NCBI GenBank assembly: GCA_040903745.1
Contig: JBBDUV010000063.1
Location: forward strand, 42,432-106,431
Source of the DNA: Bacteroidales bacterium
Lineage (GTDB): Bacteria; Bacteroidota; Bacteroidia; Bacteroidales; GCA-2748055
Reading direction: 5' to 3'
DNA: 64,000 nucleotides
The translations under genes were made by a program, and so were the position numbers. The notes beneath the pieces are model-generated. The model made no database searches. It saw nothing but the letters and a program-made list of their open reading frames with translations, and was not told the origin of the DNA. This document shows, one piece after another, positions 46,847-56,183 of this stretch (position 1 is the first letter of the stretch; each line of letters opens with the position of its first letter).

Positions 46847-46971
46847 GTCTTTGCAAGAAAACGCCAACTACTGCGTTATTCTCGTTTTTGAAGCAGTCAT
46901 TTACGAAATAGTAAACTCCTTGGCTTCAAAAACTTCGAAAGCCTTGTATTTGACGCTTTCTTATCAAAGAC
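46847..46971. other. 125-nt rod-like imperfect hairpin (candidate ncRNA or MITE)
   Basis: The outer stem pairs GTCTTTG..AAGAAAACGCCAA with TTGACGCTTTCTT..CAAAGAC. There is a roughly 12/12-nt internal loop. The inner stem is 11 bp (GTTTTTGAAGC / GCTTCAAAAAC) with a 28-nt apical loop. Confidence 0.3.
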
Positions 46972-47237
46972 TGAAAATAACTTAGTTTTCTTTCTGACAC
47001 TAAATACCGTTTGAAATATAGTGAGAATATTTTTATATCTAACATTTGTTCGACATACGGCACATTCCGAAAGGATCCCATGCGCATCAAATACTGAGTA
47101 GACACCCAGCCTTACCCGATTGTTCTAAAATGGCCCTCATAAAAGCAATGATAGAAATTTTCAGCGGTTTAACCCAATAACTGATCCCCTCCATCCAATT
47201 TTTCATTAAATTTGGTCTGAAACATAAAATTTACACC

Positions 47238-50200
47238 ATGAAAAAGGTCATCCACATCCTCACCATCACCCTCGCCCTGCTCCTGATCCTGCTTATCACC
47301 CTCCCCTTCCTTTTCAAATCGAAAATCGAGGGTCTCGTGAAACAGGAGATCAACAAACAGGTCGAAGCCACAGTCAACTGGTCGAAATTCAGCCTCACCT
47401 TCTTCCGCGGCTTCCCCGACCTCAGCGTGAACCTGCACGAACTATCTGTTGTTGGAAAAGAGACCTTCGAAGGCGACACCCTCCTCTCCCTCAACCGGTT
47501 CGAGCTCAGGGTGAGCCCCTTCACCGCCCTCAAAAAGAAGATCATCGTAAAATCGATCCTCCTCAACCAACCGCTGATCAACGCCATCGTTCTGGCCGAC
47601 GGATCGGCCAATTACGATATCGTGCCTCCGGCGGAGGAAGAAGATGTTTTAGCTGAACGCCCGGTGGCGCAGCAGTCGCCCGAAAGCCAGGCAGCAGCGG
47701 CGGCTGACAAGGCAGCGAAAAAGGCTGATGAGGCGTCAGATCAAGCTGATGAGGCAGCAGGTCAGGCTGGTGCCACAGCCGGTAGTTCCATGGGCATCTC
47801 CCTGAAGTTGTTTGCCATAAAAAATGGCAAAATACTTTACGACGACCACTCATCCAACATCGCAGCCTCCGTTGGTAACTTCAACCTGGAGGTGCGGGGC
47901 GATTTATCCATGGAGCAGACCGACATCGACCTTGAGATGGCGGTGCACGATATAACCGCCTACTCTGATGGTATACGGTACATGAGAAACGGAAAACTCG
48001 GGATGGAGATGACCGCTGCAGCGGATATGGTCAACAGCATCTACACCCTGAAAAAGAATGAGATCAGGATCAACGGACTGGTTCTTGGCGCTGAAGGGAC
48101 AGTGGCCATGCCGGCCGACGGATCGATCCTGCCCGATATCAGGTTCTTCACCCGGGAGACCTCCTTCCGGACGCTGCTATCTATGGTACCGGCCATCTAC
48201 CTGTCAGATTTCGAAAGCCTGGAAACCTCCGGCTCCCTCGCCCTTGAAGGGACTGTCAAAGGTATGATGAAGGACTCCATCCTGCCCGATGTAACACTGA
48301 ACCTGTCGGTAAAAGACGGCTTCTTCTCCTATCCCGACCTGCCGAAGGATGTATCGGATGTGCAGATCGCCCTGCAGGTGAACTACTTCGGCTCAGATAT
48401 GGACGCCACTACCGTTAGCCTCGACCGGTTCCACCTTCTCCTGGGAGGCAACCCGTTTAACATCGACATGCAGGTTGCCACCCCCTTCAGCGATATGCAT
48501 GTGGCGGGGATGGTGAAAGGGATGATCGATTTTGCCACCCTGAAGGATGTCGTACCCATGAAAGATCTCAACCTGTCGGGCCGGCTCAATGCTGACCTGC
48601 AATGGGATACGCGGATGTCGTACATCGAGAAGGAGCAGTATGAGCAGGTGGATCTCGACGGACGGCTAACGATCGAAGAAGTGATGGTCGAGGCGCCCGA
48701 ACTCCCTGTCCCGGTGCAGTTGAAGAAGATGTCGATGATCTTCACCCCCCGGTTTGTGAACCTGGAGACGATCGATCTGCTGCTGGGGGCGTCCGACCTG
48801 CATATGGACGGACGGTTAACCAACTTTGTACCCTATGTGTTTGAGGGGAAAACAGTGGCAGGAACATTGAATGTGTCTTCAAGTATGCTGGATGCCAATG
48901 AATTTCTGGAAGAGGAAGCCGCAAATAATGGAACGGATCAACCTGACGGTGCCCTGACTGATCCGGGGACCGGTGCCGGTGAACCACCCTCTGAAGAGCG
49001 TTCCCCCGGTACAGAAATGGCTTCAGCAGAAAGTGGGAACGGTGGGGCTGCAGAAGATGAAGAATTATTGGTACCAGCCGACTCCCTCGCGGTGCCACCG
49101 GCGATGAAAATACCGGAAAACATCAATTTTGATATGACCCTCAACCTGAAGAAATTGTTGTACGATAACATCGTGGTGGAGAATATGTCAGGAAAGGTGG
49201 CGGTGAAGGATGGGGTTGCCCACCTGGCTGGACTCGAAATGAATGTGCTGAAGGGGAAGGTGTCGGTTGATGGTGAAGTAGACACCCGGGAGGAATTTAC
49301 CCGGGCCGATGTGAAGATGAACCTGACCGGCATCGATATTCCCACTTCGTATGAGACATTCATGACCATCAAAACGCTCGCACCTGTAGCGCAATACTGC
49401 CAGGGGACCGCCAATGTGGTGATGGACCTCACAACACTCCTGGATGCATCGATGAACCCGCTGTATGAGTCGATCGATGCCAATGGTCACCTCTATACCC
49501 GCAACCTGAAGGTGGAGCAGCCGGCATCGCTCGAAAAACTCAGTAGCATGCTGAAAAATGAGAAGCTGAAAAACCTGGAGCTCGACAGGGCCGATATCAG
49601 ATTTGCCATCCGCGACGGTCGGGTGATCGTGGAGCCGTTCGACATGAACTTCGAGAATTCGAAGATCGTTGCATCCGGATCGCATGGGATCGACCAGACG
49701 ATGGACTACCTGCTGGATATGAATATCGCTAAAAGTGATATGGGCGGTGCCGCCAATGAGATGATGAACAGTGTGACCGCCCTGGCAGCCGGGGCAGGAT
49801 TTTCCGTACCACAGTCTGACTATATCAAGGTGAGGGCCAATATCACCGGTACCTTTAAGGATCCCCGGGTAAGCACCGATTTGAGGGGGAACCTGACCGG
49901 CGGAGAGGGAACAGTGAGGGAGGTTGTGAAGGAGGCTGTGAAGGAGAAGGTTACCCAAGAGGTCGAGCGGGTGAAGGATGAAGTGAAACAGGAGGTGCAG
50001 GAGGAGGCGACCGCAAGGGCTGCTGAGTTGATCGAAAATGCAGAGGCTGAGAAGGCCCGGCTGGCGGGGGAGGCCCGGCAGGCGGGCGACAAGCTGGTGG
50101 CAGAAGCCGAAAAGAAGGGTGAACAGCTGATCAGGGAGGCCGGAAACAACCCGCTCAAACAGATCGCGGCGAAGAAGGCGGCCGAAGAGCTGGTGAAGCA

Positions 50201-50294
50201 GGCAGAGAGGCAGTCGGCCAGGCTCATCAAAGAGGCTGAAACCAAAGGCGATGCAATCGTTGAGAGGGCCAGGGAGGAGGCAGCAAGACTTTGA
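47238..50294 (+). CDS. AsmA-family outer-membrane biogenesis / lipid-transport-like protein
   Basis: 1018 aa with an N-terminal TM anchor and an AsmA-like N-terminus ('VNWSKFSLTFFRGFPDLSV...LNQPLINAIVLADGSANYDIV'). The middle is a long beta-rich body. The tail is a coiled-coil with repeated 'EAExKG' segments. Confidence 0.8.
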   Translation: MKKVIHILTITLALLLILLITLPFLFKSKIEGLVKQEINKQVEATVNWSKFSLTFFRGFPDLSVNLHELSVVGKETFEGDTLLSLNRFELRVSPFTALKKKIIVKSILLNQPLINAIVLADGSANYDIVPPAEEEDVLAERPVAQQSPESQAAAAADKAAKKADEASDQADEAAGQAGATAGSSMGISLKLFAIKNGKILYDDHSSNIAASVGNFNLEVRGDLSMEQTDIDLEMAVHDITAYSDGIRYMRNGKLGMEMTAAADMVNSIYTLKKNEIRINGLVLGAEGTVAMPADGSILPDIRFFTRETSFRTLLSMVPAIYLSDFESLETSGSLALEGTVKGMMKDSILPDVTLNLSVKDGFFSYPDLPKDVSDVQIALQVNYFGSDMDATTVSLDRFHLLLGGNPFNIDMQVATPFSDMHVAGMVKGMIDFATLKDVVPMKDLNLSGRLNADLQWDTRMSYIEKEQYEQVDLDGRLTIEEVMVEAPELPVPVQLKKMSMIFTPRFVNLETIDLLLGASDLHMDGRLTNFVPYVFEGKTVAGTLNVSSSMLDANEFLEEEAANNGTDQPDGALTDPGTGAGEPPSEERSPGTEMASAESGNGGAAEDEELLVPADSLAVPPAMKIPENINFDMTLNLKKLLYDNIVVENMSGKVAVKDGVAHLAGLEMNVLKGKVSVDGEVDTREEFTRADVKMNLTGIDIPTSYETFMTIKTLAPVAQYCQGTANVVMDLTTLLDASMNPLYESIDANGHLYTRNLKVEQPASLEKLSSMLKNEKLKNLELDRADIRFAIRDGRVIVEPFDMNFENSKIVASGSHGIDQTMDYLLDMNIAKSDMGGAANEMMNSVTALAAGAGFSVPQSDYIKVRANITGTFKDPRVSTDLRGNLTGGEGTVREVVKEAVKEKVTQEVERVKDEVKQEVQEEATARAAELIENAEAEKARLAGEARQAGDKLVAEAEKKGEQLIREAGNNPLKQIAAKKAAEELVKQAERQSARLIKEAETKGDAIVERAREEAARL

Positions 50295-50381
50295 TCCTTT
50301 TGTCGTTACAATAAAAGAATCAAAGAATTTGGTCTGAAGTTGCTGTTGAGAACCGGCAACCCCAGCAGGGGGATGAAATTC

Positions 50382-50403
50382 ATGATATTATTGATAATAT
50401 CAT
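50382..50403. promoter_or_regulatory. Perfect 22-bp palindrome ATGATATTAT-TG-ATAATATCAT (candidate operator)
   Basis: Read directly from the sequence. It ends 17 nt upstream of the ATG at 50421. Confidence 0.3.
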
Positions 50404-50420
50404 ACTATTGATATCGTATT

Positions 50421-51119
50421 ATGAGAAAGTTCTACAATAAAATATTTATAGTCACCCTCTTCGCCATCGCCATGGCACTGCTCGAAAGCGTTGTGGTGAT
50501 CTACCTGCGGGAGATATTGTACCCCGATGGATTTCGCTTTCCCCTGGCACCGATCCATCCGCATTTGATCCTAACAGAGATACTGAGAGAAGCGGCAACA
50601 CTGGCGATGCTGGTCTGTATAGGCCTGCTCGCCGGAAAACGGTTCAGCGAAAAATTTGCATGGTTTATCTACAGCTTTGCGGTATGGGATATCTTCTACT
50701 ACATTTTCCTGTGGTTCCTTCTCGGATGGCCGGAGTCGCTCATGACCTGGGATGTGCTGTTCCTGATTCCCGCTACATGGACCGGCCCGGTGATCACGCC
50801 GCTAATTCTCACCATGGTGATGATCCTGCTGTCCTGGTTCATTCTTACAGCTTCGGAGAAAGGCAAAGATACAAGGATAGAACGTATCGAATGGCTGGGA
50901 CTGTTGGTGGGTTCGGGAATTGCCGTGGCCGCCTTTATGACCGACTACCTGAAACATATGCTGAAGACGTTTGCGCCGGGTGAACTGCTGCGAACCAGCG
51001 ATCCCCGGGTAATGGAAATGGCGCAGCAGTATGTTCCGGATAGTTTTCCATGGCTGCTGTTCGCAGCAGGAATAGTGGTGCTCCTTGCTCCGGTGATACG
51101 TTTCAGGTCCAGGGTATAA
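50421..51119 (+). CDS. Hypothetical polytopic membrane protein
   Basis: 232 aa with about 6 hydrophobic segments. No family was recognised. Confidence 0.4.
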   Translation: MRKFYNKIFIVTLFAIAMALLESVVVIYLREILYPDGFRFPLAPIHPHLILTEILREAATLAMLVCIGLLAGKRFSEKFAWFIYSFAVWDIFYYIFLWFLLGWPESLMTWDVLFLIPATWTGPVITPLILTMVMILLSWFILTASEKGKDTRIERIEWLGLLVGSGIAVAAFMTDYLKHMLKTFAPGELLRTSDPRVMEMAQQYVPDSFPWLLFAAGIVVLLAPVIRFRSRV

Positions 51120-51314
51120 CCTTTTTGTATACTATACGTTACAATATAGAGTATAGCCATGTAAAACGACCGGACTGATCAATAAAAAAAAGAGAATTCG
51201 CCGTTAATACTGCTTCCTGCCTGGCATTCGGAGTAGCCGAAGAAGGCACCCGTAACTGGCAAAGACCAACTTCATGGCCATTCGGAACTGCGTTGCAGTG
51301 TAGTTCTGGAGTCA

Positions 51315-52721
51315 TCATTGATCAAATGGCCTGAAGGTCCTTCTGAAGAGAAGGTTGACCCCGAGGTTGTTGCCGTACATCTTACCAATATCAGCCGCCA
51401 GCATGATGTTCAGGTCTATCCCCTTCCATATAGCCGGCAGGGTGGTCTCAAGGTACCAGCTGAATTGGTTTTTCTGAGGAATAAAACGATCTTTATATGT
51501 TCCCTTGTTGATGCTGTATGTAAAAAAGGTGCGGTAATTCAACCCTTGAACCACTCCTCCCAATCCAAGGTGGTACCCTTTGACCCGGGTGTTAATCATA
51601 CCTGTATCATTTTCATCGTTATAAACCGGCGAAGTGATCAGTGGCGTGCCTAAAGTCATGCCCATATAGGACCATCCGCTTCTATAAATACCATGGTTAA
51701 AATAGTTGTCATTCCCTTTTAGTTTAATGGTATCTGTCAGGTCATGTACAGGCCCCGACTGCCAGGTAGTTTGGATATACTCCACCACCACATGATTCAC
51801 AAGCCGCTCCTTGCCATGTATTCGTATAACCAACCCTTTCACCCCATCCTCATAGAACAGCTTGGACATCCCTGAATTATCCTCAAAAATCGTCTGGAAA
51901 TAGAATCCGGTCGAGAATTTCTCCCACATGTAATCGATCCGGTAGTTCCTGGCGCCGAGGTGGTTTCCGAGAGAATTAATGATCTCAGCGGTATCGACAG
52001 TCCCTGTTGCCCCCGACTGTGCCAGGAAAATCCGTTGATAGGCATCGAGGTCGGACGGCAGCTCACCAAACCGTTCAGTAGGAGAAACCCCACCCCAGTG
52101 AGCAAAGTGGATCAGGCCCAGGGAGACGTTCAGCCGGGAATCGCCTCCGAAACGTATATGGGCATGTTTCTGATGCAGGTAGACATTTTCAACATACCGA
52201 TCCTTCTCAAACCAGCCATGTGCCAGTGATCCATTCACCTCCAAATACCCCTTCGTGAATGGCACATCTACATATCCGGGCGTAGCGAGTACAAGTTTGG
52301 GCATTGGCCTGGCATTGGCGGACCAGACCGAGCCGCCTGTTGAAAGGGTGCTGTCCTGGTTTCCAATCACCTCCTCCTTCCGCCCGGCCCAAAAAGTGAG
52401 CAGGGGTGTTTTAAGCGCGGCATACCCCTGGTGAATTGAAAAACCACCGTCTTGGGCCCCCGGGTAATAGCATTCCAGGCCATAATCAAAGCGTAAAAAA
52501 GAGTCGGAGCTGTCAGCCGCTTCTATACGGAATCCGGCCACCCCTCCGAAGGGATTCAGGGAATATTTTCCATACTGATTTGAATGATTCCAAAAGGGTC
52601 TGTTTTCGCCTGTTCCGGCAGATCCACCTCCATACAATTCAATTACCGGGGGTGAAATCTGACCTGCACAAAGGGTAGAGATAAACAGAAAAAAAGATAT
52701 GGGGAAAGCAACCGTCTTCAA
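51315..52721 (-). CDS. Outer-membrane beta-barrel protein, possibly capsule assembly Wzi family
   Basis: 468 aa with a signal peptide, an aromatic C-terminus and 'RPFWNHSNQYG' near the N-terminus. It sits at the edge of a polysaccharide locus. The family call comes from context and memory only. Confidence 0.4.
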   Translation of the reverse strand: MKTVAFPISFFLFISTLCAGQISPPVIELYGGGSAGTGENRPFWNHSNQYGKYSLNPFGGVAGFRIEAADSSDSFLRFDYGLECYYPGAQDGGFSIHQGYAALKTPLLTFWAGRKEEVIGNQDSTLSTGGSVWSANARPMPKLVLATPGYVDVPFTKGYLEVNGSLAHGWFEKDRYVENVYLHQKHAHIRFGGDSRLNVSLGLIHFAHWGGVSPTERFGELPSDLDAYQRIFLAQSGATGTVDTAEIINSLGNHLGARNYRIDYMWEKFSTGFYFQTIFEDNSGMSKLFYEDGVKGLVIRIHGKERLVNHVVVEYIQTTWQSGPVHDLTDTIKLKGNDNYFNHGIYRSGWSYMGMTLGTPLITSPVYNDENDTGMINTRVKGYHLGLGGVVQGLNYRTFFTYSINKGTYKDRFIPQKNQFSWYLETTLPAIWKGIDLNIMLAADIGKMYGNNLGVNLLFRRTFRPFDQ

Positions 52722-52724
52722 ACC

Positions 52725-53834
52725 CTATTTTTCAATTAATTCAATAACTTTTTTAACATTGGTGTTAAAATCAAATTTTTTCTCGACCTGCACCCTGGCA
52801 TTCTTTCCCATCCGGACCAACGCCTTCTTGTCGGCCCAAAGCTGTATAATCTTTTCAGCATATTGCTCAACGTCACCAAATGGTACCAGGTATCCTGAAT
52901 CACCATCAACAATCATCTCAGGCATACTGCTGATGTCAAAAGCTAAAACAGGCTTCCCTGCAGCCATTGCCTCCAGTATTACATGCGACGACCCTTCATG
53001 AATTGAGGTTGACAGGTACATGTCAAGCCCTTTTAGGAATTCTTTAATATCATCTACAAAATCGAGAAAAACAACCTCTTCCCGTAGATTCTCCTTAATG
53101 CACCTGCGTTTCAATGACTTCTCAAGATCACCTCTTCCGGCAATGAGCAACTTAAAATCAATACGATGTTCTTTCAGTAAACCAGCTATACTGATCAGAT
53201 AATCCTGTCCTTTTTGTTCTACCAGTCTTCCTGCATTACCCAGTATCAGTTGAGTCGGTCGATCTTTCCCATTCATGAAGAAATCCGGGGCTGGCCAATT
53301 GGCCAGGTTAATCCCGTTATAAATTGTATGTACCTTGCTTGTGTTTATTATTTCAGGATTTCTCTGAAAAAGGGTATTCCTGATCTCCTCCGAGTTCGTA
53401 ATGATCCGGGTCAAAACATGTTGAAAAAGGAACCGATTAAAAAAGGAATTATTTACAGGAATCGCCGATCCTCGTCGGTAAATAATCTGCTCAACCCCTG
53501 CCATCCTGGCGGCCAATCCACCCAATTTTACATCATTGGATAGACCCAGGAAAACTGAATGGACATGGTGTATCTTGAACAACTTCCTAAAATAATTTAG
53601 TTTGAAGGGATTAAAAAAACTGAAGTTGGATACCCGTTTTGATATTACAAGGATATCCTTTTGCCCTTTTAACCTGTAATACAGATCACTCCTCCGATTC
53701 GTGATCACGATAACCGAATACCCCTGTTGATCAAAAAAGCAGGCGGTTTCATAATGCCATTTCTCTCCTCCTCCCCATACCCGGTTCGAATTCATAAAAC
53801 AGACTTTTTTGTTATCCCCGGGTTGATGATCCAT
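52725..53834 (-). CDS. Glycosyltransferase family 4 (GT-B)
   Basis: It has a 'WGGGEKW' N-terminus and the 'EGSSHVILEAMAAGKPV' EX7E-type motif. Confidence 0.8.
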   Translation of the reverse strand: MDHQPGDNKKVCFMNSNRVWGGGEKWHYETACFFDQQGYSVIVITNRRSDLYYRLKGQKDILVISKRVSNFSFFNPFKLNYFRKLFKIHHVHSVFLGLSNDVKLGGLAARMAGVEQIIYRRGSAIPVNNSFFNRFLFQHVLTRIITNSEEIRNTLFQRNPEIINTSKVHTIYNGINLANWPAPDFFMNGKDRPTQLILGNAGRLVEQKGQDYLISIAGLLKEHRIDFKLLIAGRGDLEKSLKRRCIKENLREEVVFLDFVDDIKEFLKGLDMYLSTSIHEGSSHVILEAMAAGKPVLAFDISSMPEMIVDGDSGYLVPFGDVEQYAEKIIQLWADKKALVRMGKNARVQVEKKFDFNTNVKKVIELIEK

Positions 53835-53891
53835 GTCCAGAAGGAATGTTTAAATCTTAAGTAAAGATGAAGGAACCTCCTCAGTTACCAG

Positions 53892-55778
53892 CTATACAGC
53901 TGAAATTTTCTTGTCGAGCTTCTCGTAAACGGAGTTGTTGCTCTTAAATTCAGGAATGGTCTCCTTTAATTGCATAACCAATTCACTGTCATTCTGGTTT
54001 TTTAACGCCTGCTTAAACCTTTTCATCCTTGCCTGAATCCATTCATGATCATATTCCTGCACATGGGCAATTAAAATTTTGGGATGATACGTGGGAATAT
54101 TATTTTCAGTGCTATAGATAAGCTCTTCAAAGATCTTTTCACCTGGACGCAAACCGATAAATTTAATCTCTATATCCACATCAGGTTCATAGCCGCTTAA
54201 TTTAATCATGTTTCTGGCCAGGTTAACTATCTTGACCGATTTTCCCATATCGAAGACAAATATCTCTCCGCCATTCCCCATAGAAGCGGCTTCCAGTACC
54301 AGCTGACAAGCCTCTGAGATCGTCATGAAGTACCTGTTTATATCAGGATGGGTAACTGTAACAGGTCCCCCTTTATCAATCTGTTCTTTAAACAGGGAGA
54401 TGACAGATCCGTTTGACCCAAGCACATTTCCGAAGCGGGTAGTAATAAAACGGGTTCTGGATATATTGTTATTCAATGACTGGATATATATTTCAGCAGC
54501 ACGCTTGGTGGCCCCCATCACATTGGTTGGATTAACCGCCTTATCGCTGGAGATCATGATAAAGGTCTTCACATCGTGCTTGATAGACAGATCTGCAAGA
54601 ATTTTCGTTCCGATTACATTGTTCCTTACAGCCTCCTGTGGATTGTCCTCCATCACAGGAACGTGCTTATAGGCTGCTGCATGATAAACGATATCGGGCT
54701 GAAACTCCTTGAAGATGGTGTCCATCCGGCAATCGTCGGTAATATCAGCAAGGATATTGTGGTACACAACCGGATCCTGAAACTGAGAAAGCTCCAGTTC
54801 CATATTGTATAACGGTGTTTCGGCCTGATCCACCAAAACAATTCTGTCTATGGGGTACCGACATAGCTGCCGCACAATTTCACTGCCAATTGATCCGGCT
54901 GCACCGGTAACCATGATCGTTCTGTTGTACAATTGCTTCTTTAACTTGCCATTGCTGAGATATATCGGATTCCGTTCCAGAAGGTCCTCAATATGAATAT
55001 TTTTAAGGTGTTTTGTCTGCAGATCATTGTCAAGCCACGATCGGATACTTGGCACTGTTTTCACCTGCACTCCCTTGTCGATACAGGTCTGAATAATCTG
55101 CTTCCTGATTTTTGAGGAAACCCCGGGTGTCGCGATAACAAAAAGAGAGATGTGGTGTTTCTCGAGCAAGGTTTTAACTTCTGTATAGGGATATATCTGA
55201 ATACCTCCCATTTTCTTGCCTGACTTATGGCGGTTTGTCTCAACATATCCAACAATTTTATAATTGTTTTCTTCGTCAAGATCAAATGCACGTCTGGCCA
55301 TGATGGCCAGTTCACTTGAGCCAAGTATCAACACCTTTTTCGAATATCTCTCGGGGTGGGTCAATTCGGCGTAAATAAATTTCACAACAAGACGCAGTGA
55401 GGTCATCAGGTAAACAGAGGTAATGAGATCGATCAGCACAATGGAATTTGGAATAATGGTACTCACACCAAAGAAACCGGCACTTACCACATTGATCATA
55501 ACAAAAACAGCGCTCCCTGCGCTGTTTACAATAAGAATCCTGAACGAATCGCGAACGCTGGTATGCCGTACGATTCCCATATATGACTTTCCAACCAGAA
55601 AAGTCAACGAGCGAACCAAAATGTAAATTGGAATTACGTACTTGAAACTCTGTACCTCTGCAGGGGGAACGGAAAAATTAAACCGCAGGACATATGCAAT
55701 TAACAGAGAGAAAGTACATATAAACAGATCAAGAACAAACACAAGCCACCGTGGACTATTTTTACTTAAAAAAATCAT
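53892..55778 (-). CDS. Membrane-anchored UDP-sugar 4,6-dehydratase (CapD/WbpM/PglF family)
   Basis: 628 aa with N-terminal TM helices, a Rossmann motif 'VTGAAGSIGSE' and 'YHAAAYKHVP'. Confidence 0.85.
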   Translation of the reverse strand: MIFLSKNSPRWLVFVLDLFICTFSLLIAYVLRFNFSVPPAEVQSFKYVIPIYILVRSLTFLVGKSYMGIVRHTSVRDSFRILIVNSAGSAVFVMINVVSAGFFGVSTIIPNSIVLIDLITSVYLMTSLRLVVKFIYAELTHPERYSKKVLILGSSELAIMARRAFDLDEENNYKIVGYVETNRHKSGKKMGGIQIYPYTEVKTLLEKHHISLFVIATPGVSSKIRKQIIQTCIDKGVQVKTVPSIRSWLDNDLQTKHLKNIHIEDLLERNPIYLSNGKLKKQLYNRTIMVTGAAGSIGSEIVRQLCRYPIDRIVLVDQAETPLYNMELELSQFQDPVVYHNILADITDDCRMDTIFKEFQPDIVYHAAAYKHVPVMEDNPQEAVRNNVIGTKILADLSIKHDVKTFIMISSDKAVNPTNVMGATKRAAEIYIQSLNNNISRTRFITTRFGNVLGSNGSVISLFKEQIDKGGPVTVTHPDINRYFMTISEACQLVLEAASMGNGGEIFVFDMGKSVKIVNLARNMIKLSGYEPDVDIEIKFIGLRPGEKIFEELIYSTENNIPTYHPKILIAHVQEYDHEWIQARMKRFKQALKNQNDSELVMQLKETIPEFKSNNSVYEKLDKKISAV

Positions 55779-56183
55779 TCATCAATATTTTTAAATTTTT
55801 GATGCAGATCCGGTCGTGAAAAAGACCTGCGCTATTTTTCTTTACCATGCAATATGCTAAAGTCTATTACTTAGACACATTAAGAGAATAAAAGTTGTAT
55901 ACAGTCTAAAAACAATAACATCTGCCACCATTGAATCAATAATTGTACCAAATAAAATGAAATTACTACTTTTTATTTAATTATTAGTGTTTTACACAAT
56001 AATTTTATCAAAATAGCCGATTCTGAATTAGTATCATAACTATACCCATAAAAATAAATTTTAGCCAAAATTCCAAAGCCATACAAATTTAATAAATTAT
56101 TTGTTTTTCAAAACTGATCGCAATATTAACTTATCTTCAAAAAAAAAAATCGTAATTTCGAGCGAATTTTAAAACCTGACAGC

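Noticed and set aside
46855-46980. A tmRNA-like tag reading frame ('QENANYC...') in the long hairpin region.
   Set aside because: There is no tRNA-like acceptor or T-arm, no GGGG 5' end, no ANDENYALAA-type tag ending in a stop, and the frame runs for more than 40 codons.
47169-47611. Minus-strand ORFs (89 and 126 aa) overlapping the asmA start region.
   Set aside because: They overlap the well-supported AsmA N-terminus. Their acidic, low-complexity translations ('GEGDGEDVDD') are mirror-frame artefacts.
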